The notes under the pieces are model-generated. The model saw nothing but the letters and a program-made list of their open reading frames with translations, searched no databases and had not been told where the DNA came from. A program made the translations under genes and the position numbers. 58,346 bases of DNA from an uncultured virus (IMG/VR IMGVR_UViG_3300044639_001309) (lineage: Duplodnaviria; Heunggongvirae; Uroviricota; Caudoviricetes). Positions within the stretch are counted from its first letter, which is position 1; each line of letters opens with the position of its first letter. The stretch is taken from IMG/VR virus record IMGVR_UViG_3300044639_001309, positions 62,001 to 120,346 of that record. One strand, 5' to 3'. Shown one piece after another: positions 46,794-55,492 of this stretch.

Positions 46794-47558
46794 TTATTCT
46801 TTACCTAACCAGGTTAACGCTTTGTTAATCCAGGGTAGTGTTAGGTCTCGTTGTTTTACGTACCCATATTTGTTTATGCTATCAACAGCCGTGACTGGCA
46901 ATAACTTTGCCTCGGCTAATTCATACCAGGTAGTGGTTTTTGGATTTTTTGGAGATTGATCACTGTTGTACACAACTGCATGTAACCAGGGACTATCTGG
47001 CTGTTTTAAAAAATAACCATCTCTGCAATCAAATCCCGAAACTGCCAGGGTATGAATTAGGCTGACCATTGTCCAATTGTAATATTGAAAATCTAACTGA
47101 TCAAACGCCTGTGTATTAAATTCCATGTTGGTAGTCTGGGGCAAGATTATGACCAATGTGGCATTTGGATTCATGACTTTTTTCCAGTTGGTCAATGTTC
47201 GAAACGGGTTTATAACATACTGAAATGAGTCATGCGACCAAATCACATCAAACATTGTTTTGTGTATTGTAATTGGGTCTTCAAAGTCTTGTCGTTGATA
47301 TTGTGTATTGTGATATTTTCTAGCCATTGGAAATTGTTCAAATTGATCAATTCCGTAACATTTAATATTTAAAGGGTCAGCACGTTCATCCCTGGTGGTT
47401 CTGGTGGCCCACCATTCAATGTCTAATCCACGTCCGCAACCCATGTCGGCTACTGTGGTAATACTTTCCATAAAGTCATCATATGCATATAACTGATTTA
47501 ATGTTTGCAAACTGTGTTGATGACTCTCTTCTGGAGAAATAAAATAAGTTTTGTTCAT
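46794..47558 (-). CDS. class I SAM methyltransferase
   Basis: ADMGCGRG, FDVIWSHD. Confidence 0.8.
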   Translation of the reverse strand: MNKTYFISPEESHQHSLQTLNQLYAYDDFMESITTVADMGCGRGLDIEWWATRTTRDERADPLNIKCYGIDQFEQFPMARKYHNTQYQRQDFEDPITIHKTMFDVIWSHDSFQYVINPFRTLTNWKKVMNPNATLVIILPQTTNMEFNTQAFDQLDFQYYNWTMVSLIHTLAVSGFDCRDGYFLKQPDSPWLHAVVYNSDQSPKNPKTTTWYELAEAKLLPVTAVDSINKYGYVKQRDLTLPWINKALTWLGKE

Positions 47559-48007
47559 ACTTGAATGTCTTCCATACCGGACGTTCGTAATCTAACAATA
47601 TGGCCCATTTGCCATTGTTTAGTATCAAGTCCTTTCATAATACCCAGCCATTTATTACGCAATAGAGCCACTTCGTTGATAATAGTTTCAAAATCAATAA
47701 CCTCATCCTCACCATCTACATATTTTTCAGCGTCTCGAGATGTTAATGCACGAGCATATCCTTCCAGATATTTTTGGAAATGGCGTCGACGGATTTTGCG
47801 TAATTGTATATTAAGAAGATTGAGTACTGCTTCTATTTCCTGAAGCTGATTAAAACGATGTTCCGTAATACCCGGCAATTCTTTAATATTTTTTTCAACT
47901 AGTCCGCCTATTACACATTCTCTCTTGGCCAAGCCTAGCTCTCGTTCATAATGTGCAATAAAATCCGGAATAGCCGAAAGACTTGCTACTACCTTGCTAT
48001 AGTACAT
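47555..48007 (-). CDS. uvsY: recombination mediator UvsY
   Basis: LTSRDAEKYVDGE..., K.WQ...IVRLR..G; close to uvsX. Confidence 0.8.
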   Translation of the reverse strand: MYYSKVVASLSAIPDFIAHYERELGLAKRECVIGGLVEKNIKELPGITEHRFNQLQEIEAVLNLLNIQLRKIRRRHFQKYLEGYARALTSRDAEKYVDGEDEVIDFETIINEVALLRNKWLGIMKGLDTKQWQMGHIVRLRTSGMEDIQV

Positions 48008-48009
48008 GA

Positions 48010-48267
48010 TTAATAATCTTCACCGTCCCAGTCCTCTTCTTCTTCATACTCTTCGTCTTCATCCTGTTCTTCAGAATCGTTTTGAATATAGTTGACTAGT
48101 GCTTTTTTAATATCGCTGTCTGATTTAAATGTTGTTCGAATGTCTTCTGGAGAATAGTCGTGGTCAATTAGCATATTGATAAAACTATCTGCCGCTTCAC
48201 TGCGATCAATTGTACCAATATAGCGTTTTAATTCGCTCCAAATTTCTGCTACTAAATCTAAATGCAT
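48010..48267 (-). CDS. small protein with acidic C-terminal tail
   Basis: 85 aa, AGGAG RBS, DEEYEEEEDW tail. Confidence 0.75.
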   Translation of the reverse strand: MHLDLVAEIWSELKRYIGTIDRSEAADSFINMLIDHDYSPEDIRTTFKSDSDIKKALVNYIQNDSEEQDEDEEYEEEEDWDGEDY

Positions 48268-48272
48268 TTGTA

Positions 48273-49331
48273 TTATTCTCCCTGATCAGATTCTTCAGTA
48301 CTTACCGTTTCTGTCTGATTACCAAAGTCTTTCATCACAACATCCAAGCATGAGTCATCGTTGCGTTCCCAACCTTTACGGAACTTCTTGATGATCTCTC
48401 CAGCACTGGTGGTAAACACAAGGCTGTTGCCTTCTTTTTTAAGCAGACCCTTTTTCTCAATCAAATCAGTAAGACCTGAGTAAGGGCTCATGCCTGTTGT
48501 GTAAGGGATTTTAACCTGAACGCCTTCAAAAGGCTTGGCATAGCGTGTTTTCATAACTTTGCAACCAGCGCGAATGCCGTTTACTTCGGATACTTTGTTG
48601 CCGTCTTCATCTTCTTTGAGTTTCATCTTCTTCATAGCAACCACAATTGAACTGGCATAGATAAAGCCTTGTCCACCTGAGATCTTGTCATCTGGATCAA
48701 ACATGTCTTGACTTGCGTATGTGTGATTGGTACATACCAGACCAACATTGTAGCTACCAAACATGTTTACACAATTACGAACAAGTGCTGTGAGTGCTTT
48801 GGGTTTACGACCCAAGTCACCTTTCATTTCGCCTGCGTCAAATTGGTTAACGTCTGTGGGAGTCAACAACATACCCAATGAGTCAATTACAAACATGACC
48901 TTGGGACGTTCACCATCGGGCAGGGCTTTGTAGTCACTCATGAATGTTGAGATTGTTTTAGCAACATCATCAATCATGGCCATACTTAACTTGAGCAGTT
49001 TACTATCACTGGTGTCAACACCTAGTGCTTTGAGCCAGTCTTCATCCAATGCATTCTCACTGTCGATTAGCACTACAAAGATACCTTGTTCTTGTGCGTT
49101 CTTGACAATGTTGCCCGAACAGATATAACTCTTGCCTGCACCCGAGTCGCCAGCAAATACTGTTACCTTGCCCAGCGGAATGCCGCGGTTGAAGTCACCA
49201 GAGATAAGATAGTTTAAGGCATAGTTGCCTGTGCTGATCCAATCTGTGGGATCATTGAAGCCAATTGAAAGGCCGTCAATGCTTTTTGTGATTTCCTTAC
49301 GGAACTTGCTTACGTCAAATGGTTTTGCCAT
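48273..49331 (-). CDS. uvsX: RecA-family recombinase UvsX
   Basis: GDSGAGKS, IDSENA, VIDSLG, TNHTY, SGG, KTR. Confidence 0.95.
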   Translation of the reverse strand: MAKPFDVSKFRKEITKSIDGLSIGFNDPTDWISTGNYALNYLISGDFNRGIPLGKVTVFAGDSGAGKSYICSGNIVKNAQEQGIFVVLIDSENALDEDWLKALGVDTSDSKLLKLSMAMIDDVAKTISTFMSDYKALPDGERPKVMFVIDSLGMLLTPTDVNQFDAGEMKGDLGRKPKALTALVRNCVNMFGSYNVGLVCTNHTYASQDMFDPDDKISGGQGFIYASSIVVAMKKMKLKEDEDGNKVSEVNGIRAGCKVMKTRYAKPFEGVQVKIPYTTGMSPYSGLTDLIEKKGLLKKEGNSLVFTTSAGEIIKKFRKGWERNDDSCLDVVMKDFGNQTETVSTEESDQGE

Positions 49332-49357
49332 TATGTTTTCCTAAAAATGTAAAGTTA

Positions 49358-49386
49358 ATTATACTAAAAATTAAGTCAAATGTCAA
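49358..49386 (-). promoter_or_regulatory. sigma70 promoter TTGACA-N17-TATAAT for uvsX
   Basis: Plus strand attata 49358-49363, tgtcaa 49381-49386. Confidence 0.85.
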
Positions 49387-50206
49387 TGTGTAATTGTATG
49401 TATTTTTGCCAAAACGCAGAGACTATGTCAGAGTTAAAATCATCGTAGCCCATTTTTAAATACAATTCTTTCATTGCATTAAGATAGTTTTCTTTGACAA
49501 AAATATTATTATCAATGTCAAATGATAAAATTTTATTTGTATGTAGTGGATAAAATTCTGTTATTTCTTCTCGAATGTTATCAGGCAAATTTGAAAATTT
49601 CTTTATATCAAATCCTGAACGTTCAAATTCTTTCCAGCTTGGCCAATTTTCACTGGCAAGAATTGCATATTTTTCTTTTGATTCGTTGTATCCGTATCCT
49701 AACACACGATCTCCAACGGTTTGTTTTAATGCTGATGCAATAGCCCAAAATTTTTCAAAATTTACTAAATTAATAATTCGAGCGTTTGGCCAAGCAGTTA
49801 AAACTTTTTTGCTAGGATTCAATTGATAAGGATGAAATGTCAAAAATAAATCAAGCCCGCTGTTCAACTGTTCCCATATAAAATCACCAGTGATTGATCG
49901 TTGCCCTCTAAGAGACCAATCTGTTATATCTTGCCTGCAGAATAAATCACTATTTTTCCACTCGTATCCATCCTGGGGATATCTAGGCACCCACTTTAAC
50001 ATTTCACTCTTGTTTGGAGGCAATGTTGTAAGTACTGCGTTTAATCTGTACTCATAATCATCAGGGTACCTTAGTAAATGTTTATTGAAATTAGGATTTT
50101 TAACCAACGTGTGACGACTTAGAGTTAAAGAATTGCAAATAAAATTCCCGCCGGTAAATGCAGGATATCTTATAATTACAAAATTGTGTGGCTCAGATTT
50201 GATCAT
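49376..50206 (-). CDS. hypothetical P-loop/sulfotransferase-like protein
   Basis: YPAFTGGNF loop, Y..L...WPSW motif; AT-rich. Confidence 0.55.
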   Translation of the reverse strand: MIKSEPHNFVIIRYPAFTGGNFICNSLTLSRHTLVKNPNFNKHLLRYPDDYEYRLNAVLTTLPPNKSEMLKWVPRYPQDGYEWKNSDLFCRQDITDWSLRGQRSITGDFIWEQLNSGLDLFLTFHPYQLNPSKKVLTAWPNARIINLVNFEKFWAIASALKQTVGDRVLGYGYNESKEKYAILASENWPSWKEFERSGFDIKKFSNLPDNIREEITEFYPLHTNKILSFDIDNNIFVKENYLNAMKELYLKMGYDDFNSDIVSAFWQKYIQLHIDI

Positions 50207-51152
50207 GAAATACTTTTAAATAATTCTTGCTGAAATAGTGATCGTAATTATACTCAATGGTATCATGCTCTAATAGATATAAATCTTGCCAATCCTCTAC
50301 TGACAATAAACTAAACTTTGATATCATTGATGCTAGTTCTAGTAATCTAATAACTGGATTCTGAATTGTGTCAAATTGATAATCAAATAATTTAGTGTAT
50401 TTTTTGAATCCATAGTATTTTTCCACATAATCATGCCAGCCAGGTTGTGCGTATGTCAAGAACAATCCTCTGGTTACTACGCTGTATAAAAATTTTTCTG
50501 TTACAAATGGATAATAACTTGTGGCCAAGGTTTCGCTTACTATATGTAAAAAACTTTGTGTTAATTTACTTTCAAGATTATATATGTTGTCTGCATGAGC
50601 AAATCTAACGTGTCCAAAACTATATACGGTTTCTTGAAAATTACTGTTGTTTACAAAAAATTTACCACTAACACGAGCTTGGTCAGGAGTTAGATAATCC
50701 AATAAGTTCCCATCAATGTTGTCAGATGTAAATTGAAAATTCTTACTGCAATACTCAGGAGTAAACCATTTAAATTTATCTAGTATTGAAACTAGTAATG
50801 TTCTACCAACGTGTGGTGATCCATTAAAACTACAAACAAAATTTTTATAATTCAGTTCCGGATGCATATTATAATTATAAAAATGACCAGTATTAATTCT
50901 TTCCTGATTTTCTATTGAAAATGTAATTTTAAGATTTGGGTACGTTGATGTTATGTTGTTGGTAAAAATTTGATGGACTGTGATGTCAAAAATCTTATTC
51001 TCTTGACTGGCAAAATCATTTAATCTTTTTAGGATTTTATTTTGCAAATTAATATCAAATCCGCCCATGTGGTCGTTGAATAAAAATTTATCAGGTACCC
51101 AACTTGGGTCTTGTAATATTTTATCATAAACACGAGGGGGCAATGATATCAT
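50193..51152 (-). CDS. glycosyltransferase-like protein (GT-B/GT10-like C-terminus)
   Basis: FNG..H..R, IVSET, FVTEK, GFK.Y..LFDY.FD, EYNY. Confidence 0.6.
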   Translation of the reverse strand: MISLPPRVYDKILQDPSWVPDKFLFNDHMGGFDINLQNKILKRLNDFASQENKIFDITVHQIFTNNITSTYPNLKITFSIENQERINTGHFYNYNMHPELNYKNFVCSFNGSPHVGRTLLVSILDKFKWFTPEYCSKNFQFTSDNIDGNLLDYLTPDQARVSGKFFVNNSNFQETVYSFGHVRFAHADNIYNLESKLTQSFLHIVSETLATSYYPFVTEKFLYSVVTRGLFLTYAQPGWHDYVEKYYGFKKYTKLFDYQFDTIQNPVIRLLELASMISKFSLLSVEDWQDLYLLEHDTIEYNYDHYFSKNYLKVFHDQI

Positions 51153-51874
51153 ATATTTTTGTATTCATCAAAGGTATTTACATAATGTTTAACATTATTT
51201 TTTAAAAATATAGCTGGCTCATACGGAGGATAGTACATTGCTTTAATAAATTGGTTAATTTGATTGTTGGACCAACCATCCTGTATAATTCCGTTAAATG
51301 GTTTTTCTTTATTATAATAACGTCCAAGTTTTGTTGGAGGTGTTCCTAAATTCTTTGTTAATACATGCTCAATTGATTCAATTGCATGGTTTAGTATTTT
51401 AAAATTTAAACTAAATGCTGTGTCTTGTTTGGAGATTAAAAATTTCTGTTGAAATATAATATTGCCAGCATCAAATTGACTGTTAACATAGTGCCAGGTA
51501 TAGCCGGTAAATTTTTCATTGTTAATTAATGCCCAGCTTGACATCCATCGTCCTCGATATTCTTCAAGCAACCCTGTATGTAAATTTATAATGCCATTTG
51601 GAAATTTTTTAATATTATCTTCAGATATTAAAAAAGGAATACCACTGATGTTTAACATCAACTCTGCAGATTGTGTAACATACTTATTAAAGTCGTTGTT
51701 ATCTGAAATTGATGTGTGCTGTATTAACAATTGGTCACAAAATTTTGTTAACAGCAACTGATTAGGCGGATGATAGACCTGAATTTCTTCAGGTCTATAT
51801 CCAAGCTCAAATAATTTACTAACTAGGGGGATACACGATGTATCAGTGCAACCAATTGATAAATTGCCCCTCAT
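51149..51874 (-). CDS. formyltransferase (sugar N-formyltransferase-like)
   Basis: INLHTGLLEEYRG, GYTWHYV...DAGNII. Confidence 0.85.
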   Translation of the reverse strand: MRGNLSIGCTDTSCIPLVSKLFELGYRPEEIQVYHPPNQLLLTKFCDQLLIQHTSISDNNDFNKYVTQSAELMLNISGIPFLISEDNIKKFPNGIINLHTGLLEEYRGRWMSSWALINNEKFTGYTWHYVNSQFDAGNIIFQQKFLISKQDTAFSLNFKILNHAIESIEHVLTKNLGTPPTKLGRYYNKEKPFNGIIQDGWSNNQINQFIKAMYYPPYEPAIFLKNNVKHYVNTFDEYKNI

Positions 51875-51886
51875 TATGAGAATTTA

Positions 51887-52876
51887 TTACTTTTGTTGAC
51901 GTGAGCGAATCATTGCCAAAATGTCTTGTGCATTTTGTCCGCCTGCAGGTTTAGCAACAGGTGCTGTGGCAATCGGTGTGTCTTCGTCGTCAAACGGAGA
52001 TGAACCAGCAGTAGGTGCTGGAGCAGGTGCTGCCTTTGCTACCGGAGCAGGTGTATCCTCATCGACTTCAGTAGAACTACCTGCAGGTGCTTGTACACCT
52101 GCTGGACGGAAGTATTGACCCCAACGTTCGAGATCGTATGGCTTGCCATCTACACTTGCTTCAAACATTTCCTTCATTACTTTCAATTCAACTTCACCAG
52201 GCTTCTTGGGTAAAAAGCTGGCAAGATCAAACAATCCGTGTGATTCAAGGGCAGTTTGTTCTGCTTCTGTCAGTGCAGATTCTTTACGTGCCCACTTAGA
52301 CGTACTGTAGTCAGCGTAACCGCCTTTGCTGGTTTTACTAACACGGAAGTCTAGGCCACGCATTAAATCTGTTGGGATTTCTTCTAGTTCAGGATCCATC
52401 AATGCACCTTTAATAATGTTAAAGATTTGAGGACCAATGATAAATCTACGGATAGGATTTTCTGGTGTCTTGTCGTCACCAATTGGGTTCTCACGAACAA
52501 AGCCTTGGAAAATGTAACTGCGTTTTTTCCAGTACTTACGACCCATGTCTTCAAGGCTCTTGTCCTTGAACCATGTGCGTACTTCTGCCAGGATTGGGCA
52601 AGCGTCGCCCCACATCTCAACACAGGGCACTTGTACCATGACCTGTTTAGAATCCATTTCTCCTTTGATGCCATTGAATGGCAGTCGAATCATGGCTCGT
52701 TCGGCCCAGAAGAATGTGTTTTTAGAGTTTGCGTCTGGTAAGAATCGAATAGTAGCATTTGCTCCTTCGTCCATGTTCCAGTGTGGGTAGATTGCGTTGT
52801 CGCCGCCTGATGATTGACCGCCTTTGTTTGACTCTGCGGCTGAGAGACGTGCGCGGATTTCTGATAATGATGCCAT
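51887..52876 (-). CDS. ssb: single-stranded DNA-binding protein (T4 gp32 family)
   Basis: IRFLPD, C..CP, YWKKRSY, GYADYSTSKW, Pro/Ala-acidic tail. Confidence 0.88.
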   Translation of the reverse strand: MASLSEIRARLSAAESNKGGQSSGGDNAIYPHWNMDEGANATIRFLPDANSKNTFFWAERAMIRLPFNGIKGEMDSKQVMVQVPCVEMWGDACPILAEVRTWFKDKSLEDMGRKYWKKRSYIFQGFVRENPIGDDKTPENPIRRFIIGPQIFNIIKGALMDPELEEIPTDLMRGLDFRVSKTSKGGYADYSTSKWARKESALTEAEQTALESHGLFDLASFLPKKPGEVELKVMKEMFEASVDGKPYDLERWGQYFRPAGVQAPAGSSTEVDEDTPAPVAKAAPAPAPTAGSSPFDDEDTPIATAPVAKPAGGQNAQDILAMIRSRQQK

Positions 52877-52932
52877 TTTAAGTTGCCTTTCTAAGTGTTA
52901 TAAAATGTTTTCTAAGTTGCCTGTGATGCTAA

Positions 52933-52969
52933 TAAAAAAGCGTGTCACTGTTGTAGTGTACACGCTTTT
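52933..52969 (-). terminator. terminator hairpin overlapping the gp32 promoter
   Basis: aaaagcgtgt-cact/agtg-t-acacgctttt stem with U-tract on the minus strand. Confidence 0.7.
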
Positions 52970-52983
52970 AGTGTCAGCGTCAA
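52955..52983 (-). promoter_or_regulatory. sigma70 promoter TTGACG-N17-TACACT for gp32
   Basis: TTGACG CTGACACTAAAAGCGTG TACACT. Confidence 0.7.
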
Positions 52984-53017
52984 TGATATTTATGACGCAT
53001 TTGCTCTAATAACTATT

Positions 53018-55480
53018 TTATGATTTCATCATGCCAGACAGTTGACGCAATCGGCTTAGAACATCTTGCTCCATATCATCAAACTTCTGTAGTTTACCAG
53101 AGTGTCCGTATTGGCCTTGTAGTGATGTTGATTCTTCAAATGTTTTCTTAAATCCTTGTACAAAGTCACTTGGGTTTGGAGTGCCCGAGCCAACCATTTT
53201 GCCAAGAGCACCCATATTGGTGTCATCGGCACCTTCGCTCATTACCTGATCAATAAGTTTCTTGCCACCGTACAGTACAGCCAATAGCAAACCTAATGGT
53301 ATTGCATACTTGGCGGCGGCCATTGCTAGCTCACCAATAGTTTTACTGTCAACTGCATTGCCAACAATACTGGTTAATGCGCTGGCAGCATCTTTTGCAT
53401 CTGTATAAACTTTGTTCATTCCTTGTGGAATGGATTTAGCAATTTCATCTGCTATGGAATATATGCCGGCGCCAACACCAACCTTGCCGGCATTTTGAGC
53501 TGTTGCTTGTGCGGCTGATTTACCAACTTCCACAGCACCTTTACCAACTCCTGTGGCTGCTTTTCCAGCAACATCAGCACCAGCTTTGCCTGTTTTGGAT
53601 GCCATACGACCCAGTGCCGGGCCAACACGAGACAGTATTGGTAGCAACATTCTTGCACCTGCGGCCAATGCAGGAACAATAGGAGCAATCTCATCAAGCT
53701 GTGCTTCTGACAGTTTGTTTTCTTTGCTTAGTTCTCTACCGGCCATTTGTCCAGCTGTTCCGCCAGCGGCACCGCCAATTACACCACCAATTGCGGCGCC
53801 AACTGGTCCACCTGCTAATGCACCCAGTGCTGATCCAGCAACTGTTCCGCTGACACCGCCGGCTGTTCCGCCTGCAAGTTCGCCTTTCCAACCTTCGTTT
53901 AATCCTGACAACTGACGCATACGTTCAACGCTTTCACTGCTCATGTTGCTGGACTTGGTCATCATTACGCCATCGGTGTCAATGTCTTCGCCAAGATCTG
54001 ATTCATGCAAACTGTCGTAGGCCAACTCATGTACAAGATCGCCATGCTCGTCGTTTAGTTGGTCCATTTCTTGATCACTTAGATCTGTTCCGTCAGTAAA
54101 TGAAGCACGGCCAATATATGCATCACTAAAATCTGGATAGTCTCTAGAATCAACGTTTTCAATTTCTAAGCTACGCATGTCAACTTCTTTACCGTTGAGC
54201 ATGATACCTTGTCTGGTTCCTTCCGCCACACCTTGTTCACCAGAGTCTGGACCCACTGTAGCGGTAATATCAATACCAAGCTCACCTAGACGATTGATAA
54301 CTTCGGGATCTTCCCAGCAGTCAGCATTGGGGTCTCGGTCAGCTAGGTCATTCAAACGATCAAACAAGATGTCATCACCAACTAGGTCATACAATTGTTC
54401 TGTTGCATTGGTTGCATCAGCACCCACAATCAACGGCTTACTCATTAATTCTTTAAGTTTTGCGTCTGATTCAGGCGTGTCAGGTAATGCCCAGGTGCCC
54501 TCCATGACGTTGTCGGCCCATGATTCAAATTGATCTACTTCTTTCATTTTATCTTCCTTATTGGCTAATTTTGCCAGAATTGGTAACGCTTCTTCTATGC
54601 GCTGGTCTATTGATTGTTCAACAAACAGGTCACGTATGGATTCTACTGCATGATCTTTTTCGCTAATTTCAGCAGGGTCAAATGTGTCACGTGTTTCTAA
54701 ATATCCACGACGGCTGATCATGTGTTTGGCTTTGTTCTTGAGTTCAGTATAATGTCTTACTGCCGACTCAACCATACCAATGGCATCATTGTTTAGGTTT
54801 TTGTGTCGTGCGGCACGAATAAATCTACCTAAAGTGTTTAGTTCTACTACCATGCCGTTGATGTGCTGTCCAAGTGCATCGTAAGGATGGCCGCCTTCGG
54901 AACAATGTCTGGCCATGACCTTGCCGCACATGAGATTCTTATGTGGCAACTTGTATCGACTGCCATCTGCTGTTTCCACAAACAAACTTTCAATGGCCCG
55001 GAATCGTGCTTCGCCTTCTGCAATGTCACGGCTGTGCTTGATCATTAGTCGTGCTTCCATAGGCTGGTCACTGTAGCTTATGTTCTTTTTACCGTAGTAG
55101 CCTTCAAACAAGCCTTCTTTGATGGCTGCCATACCTTGCATGGTGTACTTTAATCTGCTTAGATTGTTCAACTCAAAACTTAATAAATTTCTAGTTGCAA
55201 AATTTTTAAGCTGTTCTAGGAACTTGTACCAATCAGATTTATCATCACCTTCCATGGTGCGGCCAACATTGTCCCCAAAAAACACCTGTAGTGTATTGTT
55301 AGGGCCTAGTAAAACAACCACAGTTCCGTAGTTTTTATTTTCTGTTTTCCAATCAAAGCTAAAGATCTCTGTTTGATTAGGGTCAGAAACAGGCTTGCCT
55401 GAATTATCCAGTAATTCAGGATCAAGGTTGCGTGTGACTAGTAAGTCGTTAAGTTCTGTAGCTGGCGTATTCTGATTCAT
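53018..55480 (-). CDS. large modular head-associated protein with glycine-zipper segment
   Basis: 820 aa next to terL; repeated xxE-G/S/A junctions; GGxxG repeats; TAAATA 6 nt before ATG. Confidence 0.75.
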   Translation of the reverse strand: MNQNTPATELNDLLVTRNLDPELLDNSGKPVSDPNQTEIFSFDWKTENKNYGTVVVLLGPNNTLQVFFGDNVGRTMEGDDKSDWYKFLEQLKNFATRNLLSFELNNLSRLKYTMQGMAAIKEGLFEGYYGKKNISYSDQPMEARLMIKHSRDIAEGEARFRAIESLFVETADGSRYKLPHKNLMCGKVMARHCSEGGHPYDALGQHINGMVVELNTLGRFIRAARHKNLNNDAIGMVESAVRHYTELKNKAKHMISRRGYLETRDTFDPAEISEKDHAVESIRDLFVEQSIDQRIEEALPILAKLANKEDKMKEVDQFESWADNVMEGTWALPDTPESDAKLKELMSKPLIVGADATNATEQLYDLVGDDILFDRLNDLADRDPNADCWEDPEVINRLGELGIDITATVGPDSGEQGVAEGTRQGIMLNGKEVDMRSLEIENVDSRDYPDFSDAYIGRASFTDGTDLSDQEMDQLNDEHGDLVHELAYDSLHESDLGEDIDTDGVMMTKSSNMSSESVERMRQLSGLNEGWKGELAGGTAGGVSGTVAGSALGALAGGPVGAAIGGVIGGAAGGTAGQMAGRELSKENKLSEAQLDEIAPIVPALAAGARMLLPILSRVGPALGRMASKTGKAGADVAGKAATGVGKGAVEVGKSAAQATAQNAGKVGVGAGIYSIADEIAKSIPQGMNKVYTDAKDAASALTSIVGNAVDSKTIGELAMAAAKYAIPLGLLLAVLYGGKKLIDQVMSEGADDTNMGALGKMVGSGTPNPSDFVQGFKKTFEESTSLQGQYGHSGKLQKFDDMEQDVLSRLRQLSGMMKS

Positions 55481-55492
55481 ATCTTATATTTA

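Noticed and set aside
36134..47558. Bacterial O-antigen/capsule locus (host contamination)
   Set aside because: The island is flanked by and coupled to phage genes (uvsY overlap), uses phage-type TAAATA starts and lacks wzx/wzy/wzm.
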